Origin: Polymyxa betae A26-41
Taxonomy: Eukaryota > Protista > Endomyxa: Phytomyxea
Direction: 5' to 3'
NCBI GenBank assembly: GCA_003693705.1
Contig: RBZT01000721.1
Span: 65,313 to 129,312 of the forward strand
Length of the DNA: 64,000 bases
This document shows, in pieces, positions 62,250-64,000 of this stretch. Numbering within the stretch: position 1 is the stretch's first letter; each line of letters begins with the position of its first letter. The notes under the pieces were generated by a model, which had not been told where the DNA came from, ran no database searches, and worked only from the letters and a program-made list of their open reading frames with translations. Position numbers and translations under genes: made by a program.

Positions 62250-63450
62250 AAATTGGCGTCCGGAGAGCCGCTTAAATAGCGGATCCGGGATCCAATGTTG
62301 TTATGGGACCAATGTAATTTTTAAGGCCTTGTGACACTGTTAGGTCTAAGTAATGTACGGTCTGGTCTGCCCCATCTGCTCAATATTGAATTGCAAGGTG
62401 CCCTTGCTGCTGAGCAGGCTATCCAGCTTTTTGATTTTTTGCTGATCTGTTGCCACTATGAGCACGTCGTCTCGGTATCGTCTATATAGAAGTGGTTGAT
62501 CTTCCGGTTGTAGATTTTCAAATAATTCTGCTTCCATCGAAGCCAGTATTAAGCCCGCAAAGACGCCTGAAGCGTTTCCTCCCGTAGCGGCGCCTTGCGT
62601 TTGCATATACCATTGTTCTCCGATTTGGAAGAAGTTATTGGTGAGTGCCCATTCTAATAATAAGTTGCAGAATTGTACGAGTTTCTCGTCCCAATTGTGT
62701 TTTTGCATTATTCCTTTTAGTCTATTAATTCCCGACTTAATCTCTATATTTGTGTAAAGTGCTGCGACATCCAGAGTTGCTACTTGCAATTGTACTTTTC
62801 CATCCAGGATATGCCATTGTTCCTGCTGCTGTATAAGCTGTAAGCTGTCTGTTACGATCCATGGTAGTTTTTAACCAAGTCCCAGAGCATGGAATGGATA
62901 GCTCTTACGGCCTTTGTTGTATACCAACTGTGACTTGGTATGATCGGCCTGTATCCTAACGGAGTTTTGTGTATTTTTGGCATTAAATAAAATTGAGGGG
63001 CTTCAATTTATCCCAGTATTGCTTAAAGTCTTGATCTCCAAGACGACAAATACCTTTTAGCTTGTAAGTATTTTTGAGCTCCGGCTTTCTTGGTATACAC
63101 AGAGGGATTGCCCTTTATATGCTTAGCTACTGCTATTTTGTATGTATCCAACGGCATTATAGCGAGGTCGGCATTCTTGTCGGTCATTTTCGCTATGTAG
63201 TTGCGTTGTACGTAGCATGAATGTTTCCGGTCGCTGATAACAATTGCCTCTATAAGCCTTTATGTGCTCGGTTAATTCCACCGCTTTCTGGTTCTTATGA
63301 TCACTCCATAGTGGGAGCCAGAGGTTGGCTGCGGATAAAGTTCTATCTGTACTTCCTAAGAAGCAAAATAATTGATTTATCTGATCATATATATCCGCGG
63401 TGATGCCTAGCTCATAACAAATAGACAGATGTTTGGTCGGAAGGGAAAAA
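62250..63450 (-). mobile_element. Penelope-like retroelement reverse-transcriptase remnant (frameshifted)
   Basis: MTDKNADLAIM, APQFYLMPKIHKTPLGYRPII, TLDVAALYTNI, LTNNFFQ....YMQTQGAATG, YRRYRDDVLIV. Confidence 0.85.
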
Positions 63451-64000
63451 TATTGCTTTATTTTTTCTTTGTCGCGCGGGGGCCTTTCTTGTGCTGATAA
63501 GTTATATATGTCTTTCGGAATTTGAACTTTGCCAATTAAATTTATGGCAGGCCTGCTTACCTTTGGCTTATTTCCGCCCACCTTGCGGATTGGCGCGTAA
63601 TGCACCCAGAGGGTCTAGACTACGAAGACAACGTAGACGAGAGAGGGGAATAGAACTCTGGTTTATTTTTACGGTAAATTGGGTAGACTTGTAGAGGTAA
63701 CCAAGTAGAGGTAACCAATACTGACCATGCGCGACGGGGAGTAACTGAGGAAGGGGTGACTTACGAGTGCGCGGGGCGCAACATCGCCCCCTCAGAATAA
63801 AGGGAAAAATATTTAATAAAGAGAGAACAGACACCAAAGACAGTCACAGCACAGGTGAACATGTACGAGCAGAATATAAAGAAAGAAAACGGGATAATAA
63901 TAGAACTTCAGAACAGAAACAGCAAGGGCACCATATATTTTTGCAGCAATAAGTTTTGATAGTTTTTTGTTGGTACATAAGACTGAAGAAACCAATGAAT

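Noticed and set aside
59300-62250. Short ORFs (59885-60247, 60570-60842, 60998-61201, 61509-61775)
   Set aside because: Stop-interrupted with no recognisable motifs; cannot support a call.
63970-64000. CTGAAGA as a hammerhead ribozyme core near the Penelope element
   Set aside because: Truncated by the window edge; the GAAA and stems cannot be verified.

Overview
Compact, gene-dense eukaryotic nuclear DNA with many short (~45-60 nt) GT-AG introns. The TTTTAGGG-type repeats, the intron size and the gene set suggest a plasmodiophorid or similar protist (inference only). About 30 spliced or intronless genes can be supported. They include two meiosis-specific genes (HOP1/HORMAD, mostly hidden from the ORF track by introns, and MSH4), a head-to-head pair of tRNA-uridine modifiers (DTWD1-like and TRM2), a formin next to an RPEL-Kelch protein, RNR small subunit, bubblegum acyl-CoA ligase, CHO2-type PE methyltransferase, SIW14-type phosphatase, mS33, two F-box proteins, eIF2A, MCTS1, kinesin, a PAM2-CCCH-Smr protein, CIR1 and CLF1/crooked neck. 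Two repeat-rich accessory zones (~24.3-29.4 kb and ~57.5-64 kb) hold a Helitron fragment, solo LTRs, a Penelope-like RT remnant and decayed ORFs. Most notable: (1) a 248-bp element with a perfect 5-bp TSD that is a solo-LTR relative whose 3' end has been replaced by an inverted copy of its 5' end, with the parent-type solo LTR in the same window; (2) two 52-nt introns whose GT donor is the start of a telomere-like (T)TTAGGG array; (3) GC-rich islands strongly enriched in GTAAC/GTTAC; (4) a one-strand G-depleted, hypermutated-looking tract; (5) RPEL+Kelch and F-box+clathrin-linker-like domain architectures. Exon joins were made by eye, so gene boundaries are approximate.
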